Positions 14,768-29,129 of a stretch of 64,000 nucleotides of DNA are shown here, piece after piece. Source of the stretch: Eledone cirrhosa (lineage: Eukaryota); NCBI GenBank assembly GCA_964016885.1, contig OZ024743.1, positions 194,556,001 through 194,620,000 on the forward strand. Reading direction: 5' to 3'. Position numbers and translations under genes: made by a program. Under the pieces are notes generated by a model. That model was not told where the DNA came from, did no database searches, and worked only from the letters and a program-made list of their open reading frames with translations. Every line of letters starts with the position of its first letter. The first letter of the stretch is position 1.

Positions 14768-15065
14768 CAGTTCACGAACGTCTCTCATGATGAACAATGT
14801 TTCCGAACATAAACGTGTGACGAACAGTGTGTCGAGTAACGTCATACAACAAGTTGGGAGGATTGGCGGAAAAGTGTCGCTGGATCGGTAGATAGTTACT
14901 AGGGTGATACCTATCTCTCTTTCACTCACTGTCCCTCTGTCTCTCTCATTCAGAGTATTTCTTTCTCAACATTTCATAAGAAAAAATAGTTTTGGGTTAC
15001 GAACAAATCGGGTGACGAATGGCCTTCAGGAACGAATTAAGTTCGTGAAACGAGGCTCTACTGTA
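14768..15065. mobile_element. pogo/Tigger-like MITE remnant (right TIR intact)
   Basis: ggaacgaattaagttcgtgaaacgaggctctactg followed by TA at 15029-15065; repeated acgaac subterminal motifs; left TIR not visible. Confidence 0.65.
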
Positions 15066-16109
15066 TATATATATATATATATGTATGCATGTGTGTATGT
15101 ATTTAATATACATGACCAGAACCAGAAAATGTTACTCTATATTTTTCTATTGATGAGATCTGGCATATTTCAGTGTATAATAAAACTGTCGTTTTGTAAA
15201 GCGTTTTAATGTGTTTACTTGTATCGTCTAATTGTCTATCGGACCCTATAATATTGGCAATGTTTCCCGTATATGCAGCTTCCAGCTTAGTTACATTTGT
15301 GTCCAAAGTTTGAAAATAGATAAACTATAACATCAGTGTTATGGAGAACCATTAATAAAAATTCTTGTCAGAAGAATTCGCAACAAAACATCAGAAATCG
15401 AATTTGTAACAATACTCAATGTTAGGTTGTTTCACATTGACATATAATCCGAAGACGGTCGGACATAATAAGGATGTTTAATTTATGCTCGAGACCAGCA
15501 ATTTCTGGGGTGGAGTATATATATATATCTTTAGGTCGTTCTGGAAGCCTCAACAATGCAGATGGGTAAATCTCCGGGTAACAAGATCCGGTGGTGGAGA
15601 GAGATGTAAGTGAATGTAGGTTGAGATATGTAGCGTGTAGAAGAATGTGGGAAAGAGCGTAAAGGATAAAAATAATAACACGAGATAGAGTTACCTTGGG
15701 AGAGATTTAATTGTCCCTATATATTTCGGATTCACATCCATCAACTGGGGGTGGTGGTTTGTGGGAGGGGGGGGGGTGTCTGTCGGAAAGTTGCGAAACG
15801 TATCCTCCGCTGTTTGTTGTTTTGAATATCTGAGGTATTCAGCAGAGCGCGCGTGCGCGTGAAATGGGGTCGGTCAAGCAGAGGTCGGCGGCCGAAATAG
15901 TTCTATCAATTGTGGGAGTGGGGTGGCGTTAGCTGTCAGTCCATTGTATTATCTGCCCTGTTGAATAGTGTGTGGTTGTGATAGTATTCTCTGCTAGTTT
16001 GGTGAATGTTACTGTGTGTGTGAGTGTGTGTGCGTGTGTTGTTGTCTCGCTTGAGTGTGTGTGTGTGTATTGTTGCCTATATATATGTGTGTGTATGTGT
16101 GTGTGTAAT

Positions 16110-16190
16110 AGAGCTGTCTGATGAGATCATGCTACTGGTTAAGCGGATTCGCGTGGCCACTGTCGTCATTGAAATATGTATTACAGCTTT
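16110..16190 (+). ncRNA. Type I hammerhead ribozyme with long stem II
   Basis: agagctgt-CTGATGA-(46 nt)-GAAA-T-atgt-ATT-acagcttt; 8-bp stem I; lies between (TG)n and (TC)n/(TA)n. Confidence 0.65.
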
Positions 16191-16251
16191 ATCAACTACT
16201 GATTTGCAACTACTTCGCATTCTCTTATTCTCTCTCTCTCTCACACACACA

Positions 16252-16424
<173 letters not shown>

Positions 16425-16750
16425 CCCTAGTGAATTACTGCTACTTTATTTTATCGAATTAGAAAGGAGGAAAGGAATATTAACCTCAGCTGGATTTTCA
16501 TTTTGAACGTAACATTCCAGAACAAATACTGCTAAGTCCTTGTCCGACGCTCTAATGTCTCTGCATTATGGTTACTAATTTAGACACAACGCTAGTTCAT
16601 TTGTGGGATGTAAAGATCGATTGATTCAAACCCAATGTTTGATTTGTACTTTATATTATCGATCTCCGAAAGGCAAAGTTGAACTCGAAAAGATTTGAAC
16701 TGCGAATGTAAAGAAAGACTTGAAATAAATAAACCAAAACATTTTGTGTC
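16425..16750 (-). mobile_element. Two degenerate SINE copies
   Basis: Partial match to family consensus. Confidence 0.55.
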
Positions 16751-17711
16751 ACTTCTATGCAATATTTCTAGGATATATTTCTTCCATTAAATAAATAGAA
16801 AATATCATTATTAATACATGCAATGGAAACATGACGCCATGTAGAACTGGCTGTAAACAACAACAATATACCCTCAAACACATATATGTTGTAGACACAA
16901 AACGAATAAAACCTGAAATATTTCTATATAAATACGAGGTCGTTGATTTTCCTGTAATAGAGATTATACAATGTAAGAAAATTAGCTGTACCACTAACAT
17001 AGCGTGCTTCATAATAGTGATAAATATGAAGGCATATACGTTATGTTTACGGATAAGGAAATAGAAGTGGCTCGCTCTGAATATTTTAAGTTTTGATCCT
17101 GTCACATCTATCTGTACATGCCATTCTCATCCGGCTACTGAGATAGTTGTGATATGAACACAGATCAAAATATTCATAGCGAGACTCTTGTATGCTTCCT
17201 ATACATAAACATATCGGATATGTCTTCATATACACTCCTATTAACGTAAGGCAATATATCTTAAAATCTAATACAATATCAGACACATGAAAGCAGATTT
17301 ACTAAAACAACAAATATTCAACCAAAATAAACAACAACAGCGAACGAACAAGCATGCTGCAAATACAACTAACACAGCAATACAGAAGGTCATACACTGA
17401 TAATGTTTAAAGAGAAATACAGTTACAAAACACATTGTAAATGAAAAAAGCTAATGGTATCTAAGATAATATCAGATCTTAAAGAAGCTGTCATCCGTGG
17501 TTCCGAATTTAAATTCAGTGCAAGGCACCTGATGTAGAAGACTTCCATCATTGTCCTGGCATATCTATCTGTCTGTTTCTCTTTCTTTCTATCTCTCGCT
17601 CGCTCTCTCTCTTTCTTTCTCGGATTTTGGTCTATGTATTTACTATTACACATACACACACATACACACATACACACACACATACACACACATACACACA
17701 AACATACACAC

Positions 17712-17750
<39 letters not shown>

Positions 17751-18559
17751 CCCACCCTCACATATAGAGAATAAATAACACCAATTTGTATTTAATTGTC
17801 GCAGGGTTACATAATCTGTCACCAGTTTTGCCACCATCACATGACTACAGGCTGCTTGTAGCGGCATCAAAACTATTGTAGACATTCGGGCCAAAACCTC
17901 CTCTCGAGAATAATTCCCTCGACTTCCTTCTAGCAGTTTCTGATGTCCTGAAAAGGATCATGACACAACAACAAAGAAGAAGAAAAATACGGAATTTAAC
18001 TTTATTCTTTTACTAGGCGCAAACAAACAGCATCTGTTATACTACATTTAACTTTCCAAAAGTCGTAATAAGCAATTCGATGATGGTCTTGATTGTGTTA
18101 ACTAGATGACAAGGTCACTTCCAAAACCACATAATGTGACATACGTCTAACAAACGACTCAGTGACCATATCTCTAACAATGAGCTACTTAACATGACCA
18201 AGCTTAAATCAAACACATAAAGTATCAAGTCAAGAGTACTTATTGTGTATGGTCATATCAAAAGATCAACTCGTGGCGTGAGTAAGTTATGCCCAGAAGG
18301 AAAGTTAACAGATAATAGAAGCAAAGGTCGACTGCCAAAACGCTGGCTTGACATTGAACTGGACCTGACCTTTCCTCTTTAAACTATGCTGTTGGTGATC
18401 GAACATTGTGGAGAAGAATATCTCATCCTGATACGCAGTCAGCCACAGGTAGGGCAAGCGTCTAGAAATTCGATTATAGTTGGATAACAAATGTTTTCGA
18501 AATATATTCAGTTGGAAATATATTACAGACATGCATGGTTTTAGCAGATACATCTGTAT

Positions 18560-19250
18560 TTAAATATAAGTAGAAAATGGTTGCTAATCTTGAACCAAGA
18601 CCTGCACTTTTTTGTTTTGGTGGGTGTTACACATCGATTATATTGACCCCAGCATATGACTAGTACCTAATTTAATTAATGACAACGGAAGGGTGAAAAT
18701 AAATATGACCTCGTACTATTTAAACTCAGAAGATAAATAGTCGGAACAAATACTGCCAAGCAATACAGCGCCCTTGGGAGGCTACTGTACGGTTAAATAC
18801 AAATGCTGAAAGGAAAGATTAAGATGAGTATAGTTAGAATTAAATTTGTGTAAATAATTGTTTCAACCTTTGGCACAAGGCCAGCAACTACCCAGTGCAT
18901 TACTGGTCCTTTATTTTATCGACCCCGTAATGATGAAATGCAAAGTTAACCTCGGCGGGATTTGAACTCAGAATGACAAGGGCCGTAACTCTATGCGTCA
19001 AAGCATGGCGTCCGACCCTCTACTGATACTGCCAATCCACCGCCTGTATGTAAATTCGTGTAAATAATTGTTTCTACTTTAGGCACAAGGCCAGCAATTA
19101 GCCAGTGCATTACTGGTACTTTACTTTATCGACCCTGTAAGCATGAAAGTCAAAGTCAACCTCGGTGGGATTTGAACTCAGATCGTAAAGGGACGTAACT
19201 ATGCTGGAAAGCATGGTGTCCGACCCTCTACTAATACTGCCAATCCACCA
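18560..19250 (-). mobile_element. SINE cluster (degenerate copy, 18858-19044, 19068-19250)
   Basis: Consensus match; gtgtaaataa repeated before, between and after the two young copies. Confidence 0.85.
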
Positions 19251-21006
19251 TCATTTGTGTAAATAATGTGAGGTTTACAATTGAAAAAGGAAACAGAACT
19301 TCTAGTTAGCTAAATGTCAAATGGAATACATTGTATTTCAGTTAATTAATGAAGAATTGGGAGAGCTTCACTAAACTTCTTATTTCATAACTACGGTGGT
19401 ATTTGTACTGTGAGTAGGTTATAATTTATATAGAAACTCGTTTCGGGGTGAGTTGTTATCAAAGGGGTTAAATCAGTAAACATGAAATAACAAAATAACA
19501 TACATTGATATATAAGAAATTCCGATTATAACCTCTAGTTGCCGATAAGCAGGTGAGGTAAAGGCTAAATAGAAATTTAAATGAATTAATAAACAATCTA
19601 TCTCCAAATGTGTGAGAGAAACACTCTTCGATTTTGTAAGTATATTAAAAATAAAGAAAAACTGTCAATGTACAATAACGGAATATTTGAAATAACACGA
19701 AAATGACATCGTATTGCCACAAAGAGACAAAACGAAATGTTTTATGCAACCTCTGTTTTTCAATTATTCTGAGAAAGAATGTATAGTAGGCGAGAAGGAA
19801 AATGGACTTCTACAATTAGAAAGTCACTATAAAATAAGTACTGAAAGTTTATATATACTACAGAACGTAGGAGTGAATTAATACAAATAGTTAAGATACA
19901 CAAAACGTATAAAAATGATTTACTATCTTCAAGCAGTGTGGAAAGAACAACAAAGAAACTGGAGTAGAGGAGGAGTAATGAAAATAGAAAATCCTTAGAT
20001 GAAAACAAGATTAAGGATATATAATATAAAGAAAGCACTTGAGAAAATAATGATAAGTAGATGGTGGGTAAAACGTTTGTATATTCAAACTTATTCAAAG
20101 TAGAAAGAGCTAATATATAACATCAACAATCACAACATACCCTCGAGACTCAGGTCTAAAAACTGAAACGGAAGACCTTTTGATAGCGGTACAAGATTAG
20201 TGCCTGTTATTATATTACGCGAACAGCCTTACTAAAAAATAAATATGAAAGTTTTGTAGGCGGTATGGAGCTTACGAAGAAACAATCCACACTTTACTCT
20301 CTTCTTCTCCAGTTATGGCGATGTCGAGTACACAATAGGGGGTAAGCGGGTCAACATGGTCGCTCGGCCTGATATATCACTTCATATATATATATAACCT
20401 TCAAATCATAACCTACCGTCAATCTTTAATGATAAAGGTTAGAATATTCGTGAATATAATAAGCTGATGAGGAAGTGGAGGTAGTCACAACATAAATGCC
20501 GACAGGTGTTGTAGATAATGTAAGTACGTCATACAGAAATAGATTTTTTCAGACGCGTAGACAGCATCAGAAATCAAGGTAAGCGACTACCCTGCACGAT
20601 GCAAATATTAAAACCTCTGAAATAAAGAATTTCAAAATAATTACGTAAAAATGTATACACATATCCATATGATTGGATATCAATCTCACATGATCATCAC
20701 TCTCTATAACAATTTACACAATTACACACGTCCTGGGTCTAAAACAACAAACATAAGGTGACATATAGCAACTCTGTTGTCTGCCTGTTCACCAGCTACA
20801 ATAAAAACATCGAATCCAGCTAGCCGTCTCACTCAACAACATAACTATATCACATGTGCTGCCGACGAAAAGGCTAAGCGTTACATACAACACCTCTATA
20901 ACATTGACAGCATAGATATCGTGGTAAAGAAATCAGGACGATACATACTCATCCATACGACACACCTGGTAATGCAACAAACATTTGAAGCATTTAATAA
21001 TAATAA

Positions 21007-21490
21007 TCTCTAATTCAGGCGCAAGACCGATTATGTTTTGGGGGAAGGGAAAAGTCGGTTATGTTGACATCAATATGTGACTAATACATTATTTCATCGA
21101 CTCAAGGTGGATGAACTGCAAATTTGACCTCGGTGGGATTTGAACATAGAGCATAAAGAGCTAGAACAAATACTACACGGCATTTGTCCGACACTCTATC
21201 AATTCCGACAATTCAGCGTCCTCGGAACCATATTAATAGCAGTTTCTCACATTGACACAAGATTTGGGGAAGGGAAGAGCCGATAATACCCACACCATTA
21301 CATTGGTGGTACTCTATTTCATTGACTCCGCCGACACCATTACATTGGTGGTACACTATTTTATCGACCCTGGAAAGATGACATCGAAAGTTGGCCTTGA
21401 CTGGAATTGAATCAAAACGTAAAGAGCCAAAAACAAATACTACTAAGCTTTTGTTCGACGTTCTAATGACTCTGCTAATCACCCGCCACC
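21007..21490 (-). mobile_element. Two degenerate SINE copies
   Basis: Partial match to family consensus. Confidence 0.65.
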
Positions 21491-21739
21491 AGAAGAATAT
21501 TAATATTAATATTTCTAATATATTTCTAAATTAATATTTCTAATATAACTTGTACACAAAGTAATACATCCGCTAAACATTTCTGAAAATCCTAACATTT
21601 AATTTAATAATTCCTTGTATATATGGCTATCTACCTGTGTATCGTGAAGTCACTCAACCTTTAACTCTACAAAATACTTCAGCAATGCTTGTATAGTCAC
21701 TGCCTCCGTTTCTCTCGTTCTCCCCAACTCTCACTATTC

Positions 21740-22025
21740 GGCCCAGGTGGACAAAATAGAGAAGGCGTTTCTCCGGAGTATGGCGAATGAGACGCGTTGG
21801 CAGAGCCATTCCAGCTCGCAAGGGTCGCACCTGCGGGTAGCCAAATCTGTGCCGATGGTGGAGAGTATTAGGGTGGCCCTAGGACCAATGACACCAGAAG
21901 TCTCCTCTACTACGGGCTCAACCGCAAAGCTGTCGGAGAGCGATCGATATTTGGAGAGTTTAGCCTTCTCGGCCTGAAGTGCAGCAGAGCATGGATTAGT
22001 AGCAGACTGCAGCAGGTTGCCGCTG
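21740..22025 (-). mobile_element. CRE-clade-like RLE C-terminal fragment
   Basis: QAEKAKLSKYRSLSDSFAVEPVVEETSGVIGP...EWLCQRVSFAILRRNA; homologous to 4155-4373. Confidence 0.7.
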
Positions 22026-23039
22026 GAGAAAGTAACTTATGTAATGCCCACCTAAAAAAAAATGAATAAAGATGTCCATCTCGACACACTCCGAACGTAA
22101 AGAGATACATTCAAATGGATTTTGTATAGTTATCAGTTTTGTTGTTGGTGGAGTTGCTACTATTATTGTTAGTGCTGGTGGCGAGGGTTGGTGCCGTAGA
22201 GAAGTGCGTTTTCTTTCAGTTGTATTGATTTTAAGACTTTAGAAAATAATACAATTTCATTACCGTAGAGGAGCCTTCTTTGCTTTGTGGTCATTCCAGT
22301 AACAAAAGGTCCAACACTATATAAAACAGAATCAAATACAATTTGAGAACTCTTATGTAGCGTTAAAAACATATTGCACATTCCAGAAGCAATAATATTA
22401 ATAAGATTTCTTTCATTACTACAAGGTTACAAAATTCCATATAAGTCGTGCACTCGATTATATTGTCTCGTTGCAATATATAGATAGCGGAAGAGTAGAA
22501 GAAAACGCAGACAGAATATCGGTCGGATTTCGAATCAGAATATAAAAAATGCGTTACTAAATATCACAAAATATTTTACTGCACATTTTCTATATACTTC
22601 CATTTTTTGTGTTCATTTATATAATTCTAGAGGAAAAAAAGTTTATATTAAAATAAAAATCGGATGTGTACTGTATGTGACAATGCTATATTTTGCATGC
22701 TGTATTGTTGAAGTAATTCACATGCCTGTTGAAGTTGTGTACTTTTGGAAGTTTAAAAACAATTGTTTGAATTTTCCTGCAATTATTGGTGTTATTTTTA
22801 TTTCGAAATCTTTATAGCAAGAAAATGTTTCCATGCGTAGATTGATTGTCTGCTAGCAGGCAATTAGCCAATACAGGTACCTTAACAATGTTTTCTTTAA
22901 GAATTCTACCTCTCTGTCTGTCTCTCTCTGTCTTTCTCTCTCTCTCTTTCTCTCTCTCCACTTCTATCACATTCGTTCACACCACATAAAAGGCTATTGG
23001 AGTGGTTATATATATACACACATGTCGTAATATTATCAG

Positions 23040-23260
23040 AGGGTGTTGAATTCTCAGTATCAGTCGAGTGTCGGACAGAATGATTTGCAGTACTTAGTTA
23101 CGACTTTCTATCTTCAGAGTTAACATCCCACCGAGGTCGACTTTCCCTGTAATCCTTCACAGGTTGATGCATTTAAGTACTTGTTAAATATTGAGGTAGA
23201 TATAATCAACCATCCATTTCCCTTGAATTGTTGGTCTTGTGCTTGAATTAGGAATCAATA
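23040..23260 (+). mobile_element. Degenerate SINE copy
   Basis: ccaccgaggtcgactttcc...cttgtgcttgaattaggaatcaa. Confidence 0.6.
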
Positions 23261-24549
23261 TTTTACTTTTTATAGTACGTATATATTTATGTTTTACTTA
23301 TAGATGTATCTGAAAACCTATCTATTGATAAACTCTAAACAACAAGTCAAGAGTCGAACGTGCCAGCCAACAAGGGGAAGTGTTGAAAAGAGTAACCTAT
23401 GTTATTTTTATGTCGAATTTTCCTTTGTAGATCTTGGACATATGTATTGGTTTGTTTTGATTTTGAATTTTGTATTTTTGTTGTTAGTTCTCTGAACTAT
23501 ATATATAAGAGATTTTCCGTAGTCAACTTTTTGTTTAGTGTTAACATTTGCATGGCAATGACCGGGAGATGCATTATGGATTTGATTGAAGGTTCATTAA
23601 ATCATTGGTTTTCTGTATTCAGTCCCCGCATATAAGCTTTACCTTTTAGCTTTTCTGGAAACAAGTTAATTTTTTCTTGTGTTAAGTTACATTTTACAAT
23701 TTTGTAGCAGTTGATTCTTTGCAACTGTGGCAAAGAAAGTTGTGGGTTTGTATGGGTTGGTGTCCTTTGCTTATTTATTCTTGTGTATTAATACAGTATG
23801 TTCTTCAGTGAAGAAGTCAGGTGTTACTTTCGGATTTGACTGTTGTGCAGAGTAAGTGTAATGCGAGTTGTGACATTTTATTTGGTGATGTTTGTGTTTC
23901 CTATGTCCAGTGTGATATATTTTATGCTATCGTATCGGATGTTGATTGTATAGAATATGCAACGGGAAGTATCTCAGTAGAATGCGAGTTGGGAGAGATG
24001 ATGGTGTTATTATGTCGAATATCTATTATGTAATAACATGTACTATGTCATTTTATTAGGTGGGTATTTTATCATATTGTTCTCAAGGTGTTTACCATGG
24101 ACTTTAAATTATTTGTGAGAAAAATATGATACTTGCGAAAAGAAAATCGTTTTATAACGAAAAATGAAGTGAAGAAATACAAAAAGTTAATTTTAGGAAG
24201 TGATTTATTTTAATTTCAGCATTATAATAAATATAAAGTTAATGGGAAAATAATTTAATTGAAAACTTTATTAAAATCTATACATTTTTGTTTATAATCT
24301 TTAAAAGAACCATTTTTTCAAATATATTATAAAAGATAAGTTTTTATATTTTAAGTATTTATTTAAGAAATATTGCATTTTTATTTCTTGAGAAGCTAAT
24401 TTAATTCATTTTAATGTTTAGATTCAAATATATAAATAAAACAAAGCTCTAACTTATTTTAGGTCTAGCGACTTCAATACTCCACAACTTGAAATTATGT
24501 TATAGTATTTGTTATAAGTATTTTTTTCTTTTATATCTTATTTTTCAAG

Positions 24550-25313
24550 GATCGGTACAGGAGAGCTGCATTAGACTTCAACAATATTTAGAGATAAACT
24601 CAGAGAATGTTCATGAGAGAAAGAAAGTGACTAATTCCTATCCAAATGGACCGTACGAAGTTGTCAAAATTATCGGGTTTTATATTACGTATTATGCCAC
24701 AAAACTTTATCGAGTATGTTCCCAGTTGACTTGTGAAGTCATTCCAAGATTAACCATTCGAATGATGAAAACAATATCGAAACGAAATTTTAAAGCTTAA
24801 GTGCAATGTACTTGGACAAATCTAACAACCATTTATTGCATTTCTTGATGGAATGTCACAGAAGGTTCTTATAGCATATATTATTGCGTTGCGTTAGGGC
24901 TAGAAACAGATTCAATAGGCGAGAGACTTATATAACCTACAACAGATATATATGAATGGCCACTGGATGAATATTAAGTAATAGAAATCAGAATACTTCT
25001 AGTTTCTTTTGATACAGTTACTCGACGCTTTAAGGGGGTATCGACAGACATTATGTCCGAGTTTTATTCCTCTTCAAAATGTTTCATTTTGCCGTACGAA
25101 CGGACAATCCTACGGATTTTGCTGGACTTACGAATTCCCCAGTGTTTACCCAGCAACGCAACTGATGCTGAAATATTGAAACTAAATTTTAAAGCAAGCA
25201 GTTTATCGTGGGGCACGGGTTTTGATGTGTTTGTTGATGATGCAAAGGTTATAGTGGATACAACTGCTGGTATTTTAAACACAAATTTAGACATCCATAC
25301 AAGTAATGATTGA
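24550..25313 (+). pseudogene. Possible decayed coding exon with an Ig-like motif pattern
   Basis: One frame runs about 254 codons with only 4 internal stops after a pyrimidine tract/AG; LTCEV...NVTEGSYSIYYCVA resembles the two Cys strands of an Ig domain. Confidence 0.3.
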
Positions 25314-26212
25314 ATTCACTACCGCCATACAGTTGCCGTTAAAATTTCCTGTTCTGTTTAAAAGCTCTCTTAATGAGTGAGAGAAGATCATAAACCTTGC
25401 CTGCTGAAACACGTATACTGTGTTATGAAATGTGAAGAACCCAAAATATCATTCGCACTTGTGCGATTGTTAGCATAGTATTTATATGGAAGAACAACAG
25501 AAAAGATCTGGTTGTTCAGTCTTAGATATTTTGCTGAAATTTTTCAAAAATAAATGAAATAGGCTCCCGTTGCATGTAGTAGTGTGTAATGCCAATACTA
25601 AAATAAAAGCCTCGAAAACAAAATTAGAATTTTGGAAAAAAGAAACTAGCATACAAAACTGTAACACTGTGTCCCTCATTTTGAAAGACATTTCCAATTA
25701 TCATACTGGTGACATTAAGGAAAATGATCATTTAATGACTTTTAATTGAATGCATCATCATGTGGAAATTCTATTTAATCTAGTAAGCAAATACGCTTCA
25801 AACAGAATCAGTATCATGTAGCCAAATGAATCCCGAGTAGGAGACATATTCAATAGGCAAAAAGACCAAAGATATTTGAATGCAGTGAAAAATGAATAAG
25901 ATGCTGGCATATCACGAGATTTCAATTTATAAGCATCATTTAAAAAGCTGCAACCTCCTCTAATTTTTGTTTACTTTAAGATTTACAGCTTTCAGAAAAT
26001 GCTATTAAATTTCGTATTTTCCAGTTATGTGTTTATGTGAAGCAACATCTGCACTCGGAAACAGAATACTGAAGCACATATGAGAATATTGTTTATTCTC
26101 AAATTATATGTAAAATATTCCATTTTTTTGTACTTGCAGTTATTTGTAAAATATATTTGATTTAAATTGTTGCGTTGTACATATGTAATTAAATACTGCA
26201 AAACACCGACAA

Positions 26213-26363
<151 letters not shown>

Positions 26364-28409
26364 CGTACATTCATATATACACACACATATATATATATAT
26401 ATACATAGTGTATATATATACATAGTGTATATGATTCAGTGAATTAATGGTGGTGGTACCAAATAAGCACTCAATGCACAGACAGTATATATATTAAGAA
26501 ACACTTCGAAGTTTCCTTTACAAGTAGTTAGCGTTGTATTGTGTATCAACCTGTTACGCGCCTTTAACAAACGTTTGGCTCAAGATCACTCATAGAATTT
26601 ATAAACGAAGCTCCATTATTGATCTGATCTTCAGACTCGCGATTAAACAAAAGCTACGGTGTAAGATGCTGGATATATATGAATATAGGCCTTATTTCGT
26701 TTCGTTCATATGGGCATAAATAATAGTTGGGACCTAATAATTAGATACACGTACATATAGAAACATAAGTATAACACACACACTAGGATCACATCAATAC
26801 AAGCCATGCTTATTAGGATTGAACTACGATAGACAAAAAATATTATCCCTATGGCTGCTGAGCGCCTTTTCCAGCAAATATTTTATTGTAAGCTTATTTT
26901 GGGGAACAGAAAAAATAGTAAGCCAAAGAAAACATACAAATACGTTTTAAACTTGAAATCTCTTAAATTATATTACAAAAGTCTTGGAGTAGTTGCAGCA
27001 GATAGGTAATCTTGGTGAGCTACGATTTAGAATAGTGTTAATGATTTTGAGCTTAACAGAGTTAAGCATGCTGAAACGAAAGGAATTGTTCGTAAAAATG
27101 AGATTAGTAGCAATGGCGTTAGCAGTGATTCTCACTATTTATTTAAATGTTCCATATGCACCAAAGTATGTATTTGCACCAACCCACCCATGCGAGTAAG
27201 GCAAACATGTATGATTTGAATTTCATTCTGGATGAACAGTTTCAATGCCATTTTCATAAAAAATCTACAAGTCACGTGGAGGATTGAAGCAGCACTTGAC
27301 CATTCATAATATAAACAAGCGGAAAATGGAGCCAATGCTGAAATGAGACATTGCCTTCCTAGGCAATTATAGTTACAAGAAGAGTTCAAGCTCTACAATG
27401 AGCAGAGCTTCCATATAACTCATGAATTAATCATTTAAAATGTCATATTGATCTTTAATACTTGGTGGTTGTTTCTAATTAAATCCTTGTATTTCCACCT
27501 ATTCAGCTAGTTATTATGCTTGTAGTTACTATTCGTATTGTTTTTGTGTTTTTCGTCTACAGAGTTATCTTTCCTTTATATCTTTACACATTTATTCGGC
27601 CTTATTTAATATCATGTAAGATCTGGAAGCATATATATCTATGTTGTTTGTGTTCGTATGTGTATGTATGTGCGTGTGTATGTGTGCATAATTGTGGTTA
27701 AATCTGCCTGTCAGTGTGTGTATGTTTTCATGTCTGTGTATGTGTGCTTTGGATTGCTTATATCTAAGCTTGTGTGTATGAATCGTACACTGTTAATGTT
27801 AAATGAAGAGTATATCTCTATCTTACAATGCTATTTTTTGGTTATTTTCTATTTGGAATAATCCTGTGATCTTCTCAATGTGTATATTTATACATTAAAA
27901 AAATATCGATCGCAGAACAGCGTAGGACATATTTGATTCTTAATCCCCTTATCCCAGATATTTCTGTTTTAAGTCTTTGTACTTAGAAAGTTTCTTTACT
28001 TCTTTAAGTGAGATATTTTCATAGAGTTGCATTGGTGTCTACAAACGTATATGTTATTCTCGGCTCTTTCTCTTCACAAAGATCATTACACATCAGAGAA
28101 TAAGGTCATTTTTATAAATGTCTTCTGAAATATTTCAAACATTGACTCATTTTAATTCTGAAAAATATATAATATTAAAAGGGCATAAATTTAAATACCT
28201 ATTTAAATGTTAATACTTATATTGTATGTGTATAAGATCGGACGTGTCTTGGGGCTTGAAAAATATTCTTCTGATAATGTAGATCTCTTTTGTTAAGCAT
28301 ATGTTTCATTACAGTTTGTTTTCTATCGTGTCTGTTGCGTTCCCAATTTAAATTTCCATTTATTTATTTATTTGTTTATTTGTTTGTTTATCTTTTATTT
28401 TATATGGAA

Positions 28410-28670
28410 ATTGGCGAATAAAATTGTCATGTTTTACAGGTGAATGAAATGTTATGCTCAAATGGCCTTGGAATCGAACTTTGGCCTTATGTCCGTGATC
28501 CCAGCACCCTAAATACTATGCTACGTACATTAAAAAATTGGAAGTATATCTACATTCTGATTACAAATCCTGTCGAGGTTAGTTTAGCCGTTTATCCTTA
28601 CGTGGTCGATAAAATAAAGTACCAGTAATGCCCTGGAGTTGATTTAATCCACTTCCCCTCCCCACAAAAA
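28410..28670 (+). mobile_element. Degenerate SINE copy
   Basis: aatcctgtcgaggtt...ggtcgataaaataaagtaccag. Confidence 0.6.
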
Positions 28671-28734
28671 AGAATAATCAACATTATATTTCTCTGAAAA
28701 TCCCGCTAAAACTCGAAAAGAAAAACATGTTTCC

Positions 28735-28905
28735 CAGGAGAATTATAAGCGTATAACCTGCCTACGAAAACATACAAATAATTTACAGCCATACTACACA
28801 ACAGACTGATAAAACACCTGGAAAACAACGATACATTTCCTAAAGAACAAGAGTGTCCGGAAGTGATGTATGGCTACAAAAAACAGTTATTGGTAAAGCG
28901 TTAAA
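28735..28905 (+). mobile_element. R4-like RT fragment (domains 1-2)
   Basis: NYKRITCL...FTAILHNRLIKHLENNDTFPKEQ...YGYKKQLL parallels NYRPIAC...LQDHCATNNIITPEQ of the 42-44 kb element. Confidence 0.55.
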
Positions 28906-29129
28906 TTTATAGGAAATATAAGGAAATGAAACCACAACACGAAAGTATTGAAGGATCAACAATGACCTCCCCTCCTCATCCTCCTCATCATTATTGTCAT
29001 CATCGTCAACATTAAAATCACCATCATCATCATCATCATCATCGCTGCCGTCGTCGTCGTCGTCATCGCCACCCTCATCATCATAGAATAACAAGAAAAA
29101 CGACAAAAACAGCAACAATATGATATATT

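Noticed and set aside
18843-19266. Regularly spaced short direct repeats resembling a CRISPR array
   Set aside because: They are target duplications around tandem SINE copies; eukaryotic context and no cas genes
20464-20480. CTGATGA motif
   Set aside because: No downstream stem II, GAAA or closing stem I
21290-21360. Tandem duplication of acaccattacattggtggtac
   Set aside because: Local slippage inside a SINE copy
23400-24030. Possible very old minus-strand LINE RT remnant
   Set aside because: Only compositional resemblance with many stops; cannot assign
26440-26640. Minus-strand CTGAAGA with distant gcgcgta
   Set aside because: No GAAA and stem I does not close
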